From a virus, in the IMG/VR virus record IMGVR_UViG_3300025528_000002, positions 1 to 44,786 of that record: a stretch of 44,786 nucleotides of DNA; one strand, given 5' to 3'. The position numbers and the translations under genes are program-made. A model generated the notes under the pieces. It ran no database searches. It was not told the origin of the DNA and saw only the letters and a list, made by a program, of their open reading frames with translations. Positions 24,389 to 34,194 of this stretch are shown piece after piece (the stretch's first letter is position 1; each line of letters opens with the position of its first letter).

Positions 24389-25133
24389 GTTTTGGGAGAT
24401 GAAAATGTCTTCTGATGGCTCAAATGCGGCCGATATTTTTATTTATGGCGATATTGTTTCTTATAGGTGGGATGAGTCAGACACATCAGCATCCAGTTTC
24501 AAAGAAGATCTCGATAATTTGGGAGATGTTTCAACGATCAATTTATATATCAACTCACCTGGTGGGAGCGTATTCGAAGGAATTGCCATTCATAACATAC
24601 TAAAACGTCATAAAGCAAAAGTAAATGTCTATGTAGATGCTTTGGCAGCATCGATCGCAAGTGTCATCGCAATGGCTGGTGACACTATTTATATGCCCAA
24701 AAATTCCATGCTTATGATTCATAATCCATGGACCTTTACCTATGGAAATGCGGCAGAATTGCGAAAAATGGCTGACGATTTAGACCGAATTGGTAATTCC
24801 AGTAAACAAACCTATTTGCAAAAAGCCGGCGATAAGCTGACAGAAGAAAAATTGCAGGAAATGCTAGATGCCGAAACTTGGCTTTCAGCTGATGAAGCGT
24901 TTGAATATGGCCTTTGTGATGTGGTTCAGGAAGCAAACCAAATGGCTGCATCTATCAACTTTGATTTGCTTCAAAAATACAAAAATGTTCCAGAAAATCT
25001 ATTAAATGTGGCTCAAAATCAGCCAAAAAGCGCTGTTTCAGACGATGAAATGGCGAAGAGGAAGCGAATTGCAGAGGAAGCAAAAGCCAATTTAGCTTAT
25101 TTAGATACTATTTTAGGAGGTTTGGTTAAATGA
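24366..25133 (+). CDS. ClpP-like prohead serine protease
   Basis: INSPGGSVFEG and DALAASIASVIAMAGD motifs. The start may be the ATG at 24399 or 24405. Confidence 0.88.
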   Translation: MKTRQKTKFWEMKMSSDGSNAADIFIYGDIVSYRWDESDTSASSFKEDLDNLGDVSTINLYINSPGGSVFEGIAIHNILKRHKAKVNVYVDALAASIASVIAMAGDTIYMPKNSMLMIHNPWTFTYGNAAELRKMADDLDRIGNSSKQTYLQKAGDKLTEEKLQEMLDAETWLSADEAFEYGLCDVVQEANQMAASINFDLLQKYKNVPENLLNVAQNQPKSAVSDDEMAKRKRIAEEAKANLAYLDTILGGLVK

Positions 25134-26326
25134 AAAAGAAAAAAATGTTAGTTCCTTTAAATCTTCAATACTTTGCAGAAGGTCAAACTTTATTTGAGTT
25201 GAAACAAAACATGGCCACTATTGGTCAACAGTTGCAAAAAGTAGAAGGTGAACTTGCTCAAAAAGCAGTGGATCCAAACGCAACAATGGACGAAATTCAA
25301 GCATTGCAACAGTCGAAAGAGGATTTAAAGACACGTTTTAATGTGATTAAAGAGCAACATGACGCACTAGAAGCGGAACAAAAAGCGAAATTCCAGCAAA
25401 ATAAAGGAATTCAAGCAATTGAGGATCCAAAGCAAAAAGTAATTGAAGCGAAAGCTGAAATGATTCGTGCAACTATGACGGGTAAACCATTATCCGAAGA
25501 TGTACGCCAAGCATTAGGAGATAATACCAATCCAGCAACAGGAGGAGAAAAACTTCTTCCTAAGACGGTATCGACTGAATTGTTACACGAACCTTTTGTT
25601 AAAAATCCATTGCGTGATATTTCAACTTTCACCCAAGAAACAAACCTGGAAATTCCCAAAATCGCTTTCCAATTAGATGATGATTCGTTTATTGGTGACA
25701 CTGAAACGGCAAAAGAAATTGCGGCTACCGGTGACACGGTTGTTTTTGGACGCCACAAATTTAAAGTTTTTGTACCAATTTCCGAAACTGTTTTAAACGG
25801 TACCAGCACAAATCTTGTGCAGACTGTTGAAGCAGCACTTGAATCCGGTTTAGCTGCAAAAGAAAAGAAAGTGGCATTTGCGACATCACCTGCTACAGGA
25901 GAAGAACATATGTCATTTTATCGCACCCAGGATGCAATCAAAGTGGTACAAGCCGAAAATAAATATAAGGCTATTAAAGCTGCCATTGCGGATTTACATG
26001 AGGATTTTCGGGAAAATGCAAAAGTTGTAATGACTTATGCGGATTACATGGACATTATTGAAACTCTGGCTAATGGGAATGCGACTTTGTATCAAGCACA
26101 ACCGGAACAAGTTTTAGGAAAGCCGGCAGTTTTTGTTGATGCAGCCATTGATCCCGTTGTGGGAGACTTTAGCTATTCTCATTTCAACTATGATTTAACG
26201 ATGCTCCGCGATCGTGATAAAGATGTTAAAACTGGTATTGAGCTATTCGTTTTAACGGCATGGCTGGACCACCAAATTAAGTTAAAATCAGCTTTCCGCA
26301 TTGCAAAAGTGGCTCCTCAAGCTTAA
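25130..26326 (+). CDS. Major capsid protein (HK97-type with N-terminal coiled-coil delta-like region)
   Basis: 398 aa. Follows the protease, and there is no separate scaffold gene. Confidence 0.85.
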   Translation: MKKKKMLVPLNLQYFAEGQTLFELKQNMATIGQQLQKVEGELAQKAVDPNATMDEIQALQQSKEDLKTRFNVIKEQHDALEAEQKAKFQQNKGIQAIEDPKQKVIEAKAEMIRATMTGKPLSEDVRQALGDNTNPATGGEKLLPKTVSTELLHEPFVKNPLRDISTFTQETNLEIPKIAFQLDDDSFIGDTETAKEIAATGDTVVFGRHKFKVFVPISETVLNGTSTNLVQTVEAALESGLAAKEKKVAFATSPATGEEHMSFYRTQDAIKVVQAENKYKAIKAAIADLHEDFRENAKVVMTYADYMDIIETLANGNATLYQAQPEQVLGKPAVFVDAAIDPVVGDFSYSHFNYDLTMLRDRDKDVKTGIELFVLTAWLDHQIKLKSAFRIAKVAPQA

Positions 26327-26341
26327 TAGGGGTATGAAAAA

Positions 26342-26620
26342 ATGCTGAATCTCACCTTAGATGAGTTGAAAAATTATCTGCGGATTGATGGGAGTGAGGA
26401 TGATTCTATCCTCACTTTTCTTATGGATGGAGCAAAAGAATATTTGAAAAATGCGGGAGTCCTTGAATCCGACAGTTCGCTTTACAAGTTGGCTGTCATG
26501 TTGTATGTGGCACTTCATTATGAAAATCGTGATCCGAGTACAAAAATAGACAAGTTGAATTTTGCTTTTGATAGTATTGTGCTGCAATTGAAGGATTATG
26601 GAGGTGATACATCATCATGA
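26342..26620 (+). CDS. Head-tail connector (gp6-like)
   Basis: 92 aa. LDELKNYLRIDGSEDDSIL...AKEYL pattern. Confidence 0.7.
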   Translation: MLNLTLDELKNYLRIDGSEDDSILTFLMDGAKEYLKNAGVLESDSSLYKLAVMLYVALHYENRDPSTKIDKLNFAFDSIVLQLKDYGGDTSS

Positions 26621-26817
26621 AGCAGTTTCCTGTTTTAAATAACTTTATCGATCGGCATACAAAAGAGTATTACCCCGAAGGATCCATGTATTTCACGAAT
26701 GACGCGGAGCGCGCTAAAGAACTTTTTGACCTTGGTTTTGTTGGGGAAGAAGTAAAGCCTAAAAGAAAAAATACGAAACAAGCTGATAAAAGCGGTGAAA
26801 CAAATGAATCCGAGTAG
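26617..26817 (+). CDS. Hypothetical head-tail region protein (66 aa)
   Basis: Overlapping start and stop with its neighbours. No motif recognised. Confidence 0.45.
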   Translation: MKQFPVLNNFIDRHTKEYYPEGSMYFTNDAERAKELFDLGFVGEEVKPKRKNTKQADKSGETNESE

Positions 26818-27136
26818 ATTACGACACCGCATTACCTTTCAACGATATGACGAGAATGCTACAAATGAAAACGGCTTTCCACTTGAAGAGGATCAGCGAT
26901 GGCAAGATGTTAAAACCGTATGGGCAATGGTCAAGACGTTACAAGGCCGTGAATATTATGCAGCGGCCACCGTACAAGCGGAAAATACAACTCGTTTTGT
27001 TGTGAGATATACAAAAGATGTCGATTCCAGTATGCGAATTGTTTATAAAGGTCGCATTTTTGAGATTGTTGCTCCACCCATTAATGATGATGAGCTGAAC
27101 AAAACCCTCACCATCATCGCAAAGGAGGTGGTTTGA
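26795..27136 (+). CDS. Head-closure protein (SPP1 gp16-like)
   Basis: 113 aa. LRHRITFQ start and position in the module. Confidence 0.65.
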   Translation: MKQMNPSRLRHRITFQRYDENATNENGFPLEEDQRWQDVKTVWAMVKTLQGREYYAAATVQAENTTRFVVRYTKDVDSSMRIVYKGRIFEIVAPPINDDELNKTLTIIAKEVV

Positions 27137-27496
27137 TTGGGAATTCAGCTTGAAGGCATGCAGGAACTGTTAAGTCGACTTGGACGCATTGGAGCAGAAG
27201 CAGAACAGGCCAAAAAAGACGCTTTGCAAGCTGGGGCTGAAATCATTCAGCAGACGGCTTCGGAGAAAGCGCCAAAGCGTACAGGGGCATTAGCCGAAAA
27301 CATTGTGATTTCCGATATCACGGAAGATGGAACCGTGGATATTGGCCCTGATCGTGACCGTTTCTACGGTTTTTTTCTTGAGTTTGGGACATCAAAAATG
27401 GCAGCGCGTCCGTTTTTACAGCCAGCTTTTGAAGAAAACAAAGAGCAAGTACAACAGAAAATGGCTGATGTGATACGCAGGGAGATGGGGCTATGA
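27137..27496 (+). CDS. HK97 gp10-like head-tail joining protein
   Basis: 119 aa. ...APKRTGALAENI... pattern. TTG start. Confidence 0.65.
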   Translation: MGIQLEGMQELLSRLGRIGAEAEQAKKDALQAGAEIIQQTASEKAPKRTGALAENIVISDITEDGTVDIGPDRDRFYGFFLEFGTSKMAARPFLQPAFEENKEQVQQKMADVIRREMGL

Positions 27497-27828
27497 GTCT
27501 GAACAAACTGATTATCGATACATTGAAGCCCATCGGCGTTCCTGTTGCTTTCCAAACGTACAGCGGCACAGCGACAACATATATTACGTTTTTTGAATAC
27601 AATCAATTCGGTGCTTTACATGCCGATGATGAAGAACAAGAAACAGCACTTTTTTATCAAGTCGATGTGTGGTCCAAAGGTGACTATATATCAATAGTTG
27701 ATCAAGTCAAACAACAAATGAAGCAAGCTGGCTTTCGACGAACAACAGAAACCGATCTATTCGAACCGGACACCAAAATCTATCACAAGGTGCTCCGGTT
27801 TTCTTATGTAGAAGAAAGGGAGGAATGA
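27493..27828 (+). CDS. Tail completion/terminator-like protein
   Basis: 111 aa. Called by position only. Confidence 0.45.
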   Translation: MSLNKLIIDTLKPIGVPVAFQTYSGTATTYITFFEYNQFGALHADDEEQETALFYQVDVWSKGDYISIVDQVKQQMKQAGFRRTTETDLFEPDTKIYHKVLRFSYVEEREE

Positions 27829-28157
27829 AGTTGAAAGCACAAAATTTAAACAAATATGTTGTGGTCAGCGATGAGGCAAAACAGGCATTTGTAGATGTAT
27901 CTTCCGAAGTATTTGTAAAGTTAAATGAAGCCTTAGATAACATGAAGGAAGCAGGAGTTGTACCTTCTGACTCAAAGGAAGTATTTGAATATGGATTGCG
28001 AGTAGGTCAATATATGACTCTCATTGAAATTTCAACAGGTCTACAGCTAGATGCCAAGGAAGATGGGGAAGGGATAGTGAATAAAGTGCCAATTGAAGTT
28101 GTTAAAGAACAGGTTGAACAAAAGTTTGAATGTCCAGATTCTAAATCAAAAGAATAA
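27825..28157 (+). CDS. Hypothetical structural-region protein (110 aa)
   Basis: In-operon ORF with an overlapping start. Confidence 0.45.
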   Translation: MKLKAQNLNKYVVVSDEAKQAFVDVSSEVFVKLNEALDNMKEAGVVPSDSKEVFEYGLRVGQYMTLIEISTGLQLDAKEDGEGIVNKVPIEVVKEQVEQKFECPDSKSKE

Positions 28158-28186
28158 AGTATTTCCAATAAAAGGAGGAATAGAAA

Positions 28187-28747
28187 ATGGCAGGAGTTCA
28201 AGTGGGTTTAAGAGATTTGCATTTCGCCGTTATGAAGGATGATGAAACGTATGAAACGCCGGAAAAAATAGTAGGTGCCATTACAGCAAAAATTTCGCCT
28301 TCATCCAATACTGAAACACTTTATGCGGATGATGGGCCGTCTGAAACGGTTACTAGCTTAGGGGAAATTAAAGTGGAATTTGAAGTGAAAGACATTCCAC
28401 TGGATATTCAGGCGAAGTTGCTCGGGCATACTGTCAACGCTGATGGTGTTTTGATAAAACAAGTAAGTGATGCAGCTCCGTATGTAGCCATCGGTTTTAA
28501 ATCTAAAAAGAGCAACGGCAAATATCGCTTCGTTTGGCTTTACAAAGGAAAGTTTGAATTACCAGAACAAGAATATCAAACAATGGAGGATAAGCCTGCC
28601 TTCCAAACTCCAAAGCTTTCAGGAACTTTTGTGAAACGTGATAAAGATGGTTTATGGCAAGCTATTGCAGATGAAGATTCGACAAACTTTACACCTGAAA
28701 AAGCGGCATCTTGGTTCACATCTGTTTACGAACCACCTGCTGCTTAA
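28187..28747 (+). CDS. Major tail (tube) protein
   Basis: 186 aa. RBS AAAGGAGGA. Lies immediately before the chaperone pair and tape measure. Its own terminator follows. Confidence 0.8.
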   Translation: MAGVQVGLRDLHFAVMKDDETYETPEKIVGAITAKISPSSNTETLYADDGPSETVTSLGEIKVEFEVKDIPLDIQAKLLGHTVNADGVLIKQVSDAAPYVAIGFKSKKSNGKYRFVWLYKGKFELPEQEYQTMEDKPAFQTPKLSGTFVKRDKDGLWQAIADEDSTNFTPEKAASWFTSVYEPPAA

Positions 28748-28752
28748 TGAGC

Positions 28753-28779
28753 GAGAGAGGATATTCCTCTCTCTTTTTT
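28753..28779 (+). terminator. Intrinsic (probably partial) terminator after the major tail gene
   Basis: GAGAGAGG-atatt-CCTCTCTC followed by TTTTTT. Confidence 0.75.
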
Positions 28780-28806
28780 ATGCAATAAAAGATAGGAGGA
28801 AAAAGC

Positions 28807-29118
28807 ATGTCAAAAAGCCTTGATGCGAAAGTAAAGAAAATTCCTGTTCAGTTGGATAAAGAACGTCATCTTGTTTTTGATTTAAATGCTTTTTGTGAGA
28901 TTGAGGATAAATTTGGAAGTATAACAGAAGCCTTTAAAGCTGTCGAAAATGTCTCGATGAAAGCGATTCGTGCTTTGTTATGGGCTGGTTTGTTACATGA
29001 AGATGAGAGTCTGACAGAAAAAGAAGTCGGAAAAATGATTGATATTGCGAACATTTCCGAGCTTGCAAATGCGATCACAGAGGCGATGAACACGGCCCTT
29101 CCTGATCCAAAAAACTAG
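28807..29118 (+). CDS. Tail assembly chaperone (gpG-like)
   Basis: 103 aa, directly upstream of the tape measure. Ends at the slippery site. Confidence 0.75.
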   Translation: MSKSLDAKVKKIPVQLDKERHLVFDLNAFCEIEDKFGSITEAFKAVENVSMKAIRALLWAGLLHEDESLTEKEVGKMIDIANISELANAITEAMNTALPDPKN

Positions 29119-29333
29119 AGGCCAATCCTGATCTTGAAAACGAAAACCAAGGTTGGGATTGGCCTCTGTTGTTGTATGCCGGGACAGTGATTTTAGGGAT
29201 GGACGAAAAGGATTTTTGGCGCTGTACTCCAAGGAAATTTTTTGCGCTTTGCGACATCCATAAAAAGGTGAATCGAATCGAAGGGGATCAAGAAGAGGCG
29301 CAAGCGGGATATATCGACCAAGTTCTTTTTTAG
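28807..29333 (+). CDS. Tail assembly chaperone G-T fusion made by -1 programmed frameshift
   Basis: Zero-frame codons CCA AAA AAC TAG give the heptamer A_AAA_AAC (29109-29115). The -1 frame stays open for 72 more codons (LEANPDLENENQGWDWPLLLYAG...FWRCTPRKFFAL...) to the TAG at 29331-29333. Confidence 0.65.
29109..29115 (+). promoter_or_regulatory. -1 ribosomal frameshift slippery heptamer A_AAA_AAC
   Basis: Read in frame with the 28807 ORF. One codon before its stop. Confidence 0.65.
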
Positions 29334-29348
29334 CAAGGAGGTGAGAGC

Positions 29349-32300
29349 ATGGCAGATGTTGGCGTGTTGCGTGTTTCGCTTGGATTGGATAGTGCGAATT
29401 TTACGCGTAGCCTTGCAGAAATAAACCGGAAACTGAAAGCTGTTGAAAGTGAATTTAAAGCGGCTGGCGGTTCCGTTAAGGGTTTTGAAAATACCTTTGA
29501 AGGTTTGCAGGCCAAGTCAGATATGTTGACTAAAAAAATAGCCTTGCAAAGCGCTAGAGTGCAAGAGTTGAAGCGTAGATACGATGAATCGGCGGCAACT
29601 AAAGGAAAAGAAGCAGCAGAAACGGAAAAATTACTGACTCAGTACAACAAAGCGGTTGGTGATCTCAAAAAATTCGAGAATGAGCTTCAGCAAACTAGCG
29701 CCAAGCTTGATAAATTGTCCCAAGACGTCAACAAAAATGTTACAGTCTGGGATAAAATGCATGCAAAATTTAGCGAAGTTGGCCAACGAATGCAAGACTT
29801 AGGGAGCCGCATGCAATCAGCTGGTCAAGGTATCGCCACGTCATTTGGATCAGTATCAACAGCAATCGGCGGCGCGCTTGGGTTTGCCGTCAAAAAATCT
29901 ATGGATTTTGAAGCACAAATCGATCGTGTTGGTGCCATTGCTGGGGCCACCCCGGCTGAACTGAATAAGTTAAAACAATCAGCCCTTGATCTTGGAGCAT
30001 CAACGTCTAAATCGGCAACAGAAGTAGCCCAGGCACAGGAAATCATGGCGGCAATGGGTTATAAGACAAATGAAATTATTGCAGCTTTGCCGGGGGTTAT
30101 CTCTGCGGCCGAGGCTAGTGGTGAGGACATGGCGCTTGTAGCCGATACAGTATCAGCAGCGCTTAATTCCTTTGGATTAAAGGCGAGTGAAGCAAGCCGG
30201 GTAGCGGATATACTGGCACAATCGGCGAATGATTCTGCGGCTGGTATCGAGGACATGCAGTACACGTTCAAATATGCAGCGCCGGTTGCACATCAATTGG
30301 GGATGTCGTTGGAACAGTTGGCAGCCGCAACAGAGATCATGAGTAATAGTGGAATTAAAGGCGAACAAGCTGGAACTACATTACGAGCTGCATTGTTGCG
30401 CTTGGCTTCTCCACCTAAAGCCGCGGCAAATGAACTGGAACATTTAGGCGTGTCCATCACGGATTCGCACGGAAAGATGCTTCCGTTTAGCAATATCATC
30501 GGTCAATTGCGGGAAAAAACAGAGGGCATGAGCAATGCCCAAAAGACAGCGGCGTTGTCGACTATTTTTGGAACCGAAGCAGTCAGTGGTATGTTGGCAA
30601 TCGTTGAAGCTGGTCCACAAAAACTTGATCAGCTTACAAAATCACTCCAAAATTCCGGCGGTGCCTCACAAGAAGCAGCAAAGAAGATGAAAGACAACCT
30701 CAAAGGTGCACTCGAAAATTTAAGTGGTGCCTTTGAAACAGCGCAAATTACGATCGGAAATGCGTTGGCTCCGGCTATCGAGAAAGTAGCAAATGCGTTG
30801 CAAGGATTGATCAATTGGTTTAATAACCTATCACCATCTATGCAAAAATTCATTGCGATTGGTGCTGCTGTAACTGCTGTATTTACGGGAATAGTTGCGG
30901 CAATTGGTGTTGTATTAGCGATCATTGGCGGGGCGGCAAATGGAATTGGAGCTTTAACATTAGCATTCGGAACGATATCAGGTGCTGTTGCGGAAGCAGG
31001 AGGCGCTTTTGCATTATTAACCGGACCGATAGGAATTGCAGTGTTGGCCATAGGTGGTTTGATCGCTGCAGGGGTTGCGCTTTACACGCATTGGGACCAG
31101 ATTAAGGCGTTTTTGAGCAATACCTGGAATGCGATTGCTCAAACAGCTGTTACTGTATGGAATGGTATTAAATCTTTCTTCGCCCAATGGGGTGCAACAC
31201 TATTAACTTCACTTGCTGGACCGATCGGTTTTGTGGTTTTACAGATTTCAAACCGTTGGAATGAAATCAAAAATACGACATTAACCATCTGGAACGGCAT
31301 TATTACTAGTCTATTAAATTTGTGGAACAGTTTAAAAACTAGTGCATCGAATGCTTGGAATGGTATTAAAAGCGTTGCATCATCTGTGTGGAACGGGATT
31401 AAATCCGCGGTCACAAGTATTGTGAGTGCCTTGGTATCATCTGTACAAAATTATTACAACAACATGAAAAGTGGCATTACAAGCATTATGAATGGAATCA
31501 AATCCATCTTATCAGGTGTTTGGAATGCCATTAAAAACGTTGTATTAGGTGCCGTCTTATTAATACTTGATTTAGTCACGGGAAATTTCCAAAAGCTAAA
31601 ATCTGACTCTCAGGCTATTATGAATAACCTGAGAAGTGCTATACAAAGCATTTGGAATGGGATTAAGTCCGTTATTTCAGGAACCGTCAATGCGATAAAA
31701 GGCTTTGTAACCACCGCCTGGAACAACATTAGAACCAATACATCTAATGCTTGGAATTCAGTAAAATCTATTTCCTCAAGTGTCTGGAATGGAATAAAAA
31801 CACTGGTTTCTTCCGTGGCAAACGGGATTAAGTCGGTTGTATCTTCTGCATGGAATGGGATTAAATCCATCACTTCAAGTGTTTGGAATGGAGTCAAATC
31901 AACTACTTCAAGCGTTTGGAATGGGATAAAATCTGCTATTTCTAGTTCGGTTAATGCTGCTAAATCAGCCGTAAGCAGTGGGTTTTCCGGAATGAAAAGC
32001 GCTGTTTCATCGGCCATGAGCAGCATTCGGTCTACGATCACAAGCATGTGGAATAGCGCCGTGAGCTTTTTGAGAGGGATTGATCTTTATTCTATTGGTC
32101 AAAACATCATTCAGGGGCTTGCTAATGGGATATCATCAATGGCCTCAGCTGTTGTAGACAGAGCGAGAAGTATTGCCAATTCTGTCACGAGCACGATCCG
32201 GAAGGCGTTGGATATCCATTCTCCATCACGCGAAACAGAAAAGTTAGGTAAATATACAACGGAAGGTTTTGCAAAAGGGATTGCGTCTAGCAATACAGCG

Positions 32301-34181
32301 GTCATAGCGGCGGCGAAAAAGACGGCAGAAGCTGCAAAAAAAGCGTTTAAGGAAGCGATGGATAAAGCTGAATATAAGTTTAAAATGGGGCAAATCAATG
32401 CATCCCAATATATTGCCGAACTTCGGAAAATTCGTAGCGCCTATGCCACAACTGCCGATGAAGTTAGAAAGGTTAATCTTGAGATAAAATCCATACAGGA
32501 TAAGCAGGCAAAAGAAATTCAAGCACTACAACAAAAGACATTCGCTAATGCTCTCAAAACGATCAAGGATAAAGCGGCAGCCGGAAAAATTTCAACCGAA
32601 CAGGAATTAAAACAGTTGCAAGCTCTGGCAAACCAATACAAAAAGAACTCACAACAGCAACTTCAAATTGAAGTGGAAATAAAAAAGGTCAAAGATAAGC
32701 TTTTAAAAGAGCAGGAAGAAAAACTAAAAGCCCAATTCGAAAGTGAAAAGAACTACATTCAAAAGAGAAAAGATTTTAATCAGCTGTCTCTGAATGAAGA
32801 ACTTGCGCTGTATGAACAATACATCAAAAAATACAAAAAGGGCTCTGAACAACAACAGTATTATGAAAAACAAATCTATGATGTTAAAAAGGAAATCTAT
32901 GATAAATTAAAGGCTTTAAATGATGATTACACTAAAAAAATACAAGAAACCAACCAAAAATTGTTGGATGATGAGCTAAAAGCACAGCAGGAATACAACG
33001 ATAAGATAAAGTCCATTCAAGATCAACTAAACAAAGATTTACTCGATGCACAAAATGATTATGCTGCGCAAGTTAAAAGTATCAACGATAAACTTGCCGA
33101 AGATGAGCAAAGCTTAACGGATGCTTATCTCAAAGCGGTTGATGACAGAGCGAAAGCTCTTTATAGCTTCGCTGGTATTTTCGATCAGGTTAGCAGGAAA
33201 GATGTAAGCGGCCAGTCTTTAATTGACAATTTAAGCGAACAAGTATCTGCTTTAGAAGATTATCAATCTAATATGGACGCATTGGCTGCTAAAGGTGTTG
33301 ACCAAGGGCTGTTACAAGAATTACAAGATGCGGGCCCGAAGGCTGTAGATGAAATCAAAGCCTTAAATTCTTTATCAGCAGATCAATTGCAACAATACGT
33401 GGAGTTATGGAGACAAAAAAGTAATTTAGCCCGTCAGCAGGCTGTTAAAGAACAGGAAGGTTTGCGACTTGATACTGAATTGAAAATCCAACAACTTAGA
33501 ACAGATGCGAATATTCAGCTTGAGCAACTGCGTTCCGATTATGTTGCGAAAATTACGGAGCTGAGAACACAGGCTCAAGCTCAAATGGATCAAGCAAAAA
33601 CAGATTGGGTGAATACGGTAGCCCAGTTAAGACAAGAAGCGAACGCTCAAATGGAGCAATACCAAAAAGAGCTGCAACAACAAATCGCGGACGTAACAAA
33701 GGGCACAAAAGAACAATTCGACGTCATGTCAGCCAGCATGGAGGAGATCGGAAAAAATACCATGCAAGGATTAATGGATGGGCTATCCTCGATGACAGGA
33801 CCGTTGTTGGAGCAAGCAAAGGCTATTGCTAATGCAGTGTCATCTACAATAAAAAAGGCCTTGGATATCCACTCTCCTTCCAGAGTCATGAGAGATGAGA
33901 TCGGTAAATTTATTCCTTTAGGAATTGCGGAAGGGATCAAACGGAATATAGGGGCTGTCATAAGTGCAACCAATATGATGGCGAGAGCGGCGATTCCGTC
34001 AGTTCCTAAACTGAACGGTGGAGTAGCAGTGGCTTCAGAGTATGGAGGTACTCAAACAGGCAATATCACTAAATATGGAAATGTCAATATAAACGTCACA
34101 ATCCCAGTGAGCGACCTTGAACAAATTCGAACGGTGAATGACTTTTTCAATCGTCTTGGAATGAAAGTCAGACAGGCATAA
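29349..34181 (+). CDS. Tail tape measure protein
   Basis: 1610 aa. TM-like glycine/alanine segment, 11-residue W-periodic repeats, long coiled coils, position after G/G-T. Confidence 0.93.
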   Translation: MADVGVLRVSLGLDSANFTRSLAEINRKLKAVESEFKAAGGSVKGFENTFEGLQAKSDMLTKKIALQSARVQELKRRYDESAATKGKEAAETEKLLTQYNKAVGDLKKFENELQQTSAKLDKLSQDVNKNVTVWDKMHAKFSEVGQRMQDLGSRMQSAGQGIATSFGSVSTAIGGALGFAVKKSMDFEAQIDRVGAIAGATPAELNKLKQSALDLGASTSKSATEVAQAQEIMAAMGYKTNEIIAALPGVISAAEASGEDMALVADTVSAALNSFGLKASEASRVADILAQSANDSAAGIEDMQYTFKYAAPVAHQLGMSLEQLAAATEIMSNSGIKGEQAGTTLRAALLRLASPPKAAANELEHLGVSITDSHGKMLPFSNIIGQLREKTEGMSNAQKTAALSTIFGTEAVSGMLAIVEAGPQKLDQLTKSLQNSGGASQEAAKKMKDNLKGALENLSGAFETAQITIGNALAPAIEKVANALQGLINWFNNLSPSMQKFIAIGAAVTAVFTGIVAAIGVVLAIIGGAANGIGALTLAFGTISGAVAEAGGAFALLTGPIGIAVLAIGGLIAAGVALYTHWDQIKAFLSNTWNAIAQTAVTVWNGIKSFFAQWGATLLTSLAGPIGFVVLQISNRWNEIKNTTLTIWNGIITSLLNLWNSLKTSASNAWNGIKSVASSVWNGIKSAVTSIVSALVSSVQNYYNNMKSGITSIMNGIKSILSGVWNAIKNVVLGAVLLILDLVTGNFQKLKSDSQAIMNNLRSAIQSIWNGIKSVISGTVNAIKGFVTTAWNNIRTNTSNAWNSVKSISSSVWNGIKTLVSSVANGIKSVVSSAWNGIKSITSSVWNGVKSTTSSVWNGIKSAISSSVNAAKSAVSSGFSGMKSAVSSAMSSIRSTITSMWNSAVSFLRGIDLYSIGQNIIQGLANGISSMASAVVDRARSIANSVTSTIRKALDIHSPSRETEKLGKYTTEGFAKGIASSNTAVIAAAKKTAEAAKKAFKEAMDKAEYKFKMGQINASQYIAELRKIRSAYATTADEVRKVNLEIKSIQDKQAKEIQALQQKTFANALKTIKDKAAAGKISTEQELKQLQALANQYKKNSQQQLQIEVEIKKVKDKLLKEQEEKLKAQFESEKNYIQKRKDFNQLSLNEELALYEQYIKKYKKGSEQQQYYEKQIYDVKKEIYDKLKALNDDYTKKIQETNQKLLDDELKAQQEYNDKIKSIQDQLNKDLLDAQNDYAAQVKSINDKLAEDEQSLTDAYLKAVDDRAKALYSFAGIFDQVSRKDVSGQSLIDNLSEQVSALEDYQSNMDALAAKGVDQGLLQELQDAGPKAVDEIKALNSLSADQLQQYVELWRQKSNLARQQAVKEQEGLRLDTELKIQQLRTDANIQLEQLRSDYVAKITELRTQAQAQMDQAKTDWVNTVAQLRQEANAQMEQYQKELQQQIADVTKGTKEQFDVMSASMEEIGKNTMQGLMDGLSSMTGPLLEQAKAIANAVSSTIKKALDIHSPSRVMRDEIGKFIPLGIAEGIKRNIGAVISATNMMARAAIPSVPKLNGGVAVASEYGGTQTGNITKYGNVNINVTIPVSDLEQIRTVNDFFNRLGMKVRQA

Positions 34182-34194
34182 GGGAGGTGCGATT

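Noticed and set aside
30629-32047. Long minus-strand ORFs inside the tape-measure gene (30629-31051, 31139-31414, 31610-32047, 32111-32398)
   Set aside because: They are antisense shadows of a repetitive, stop-poor coding region. They have no RBS and are fully contained in a 1610-aa gene with clear function.
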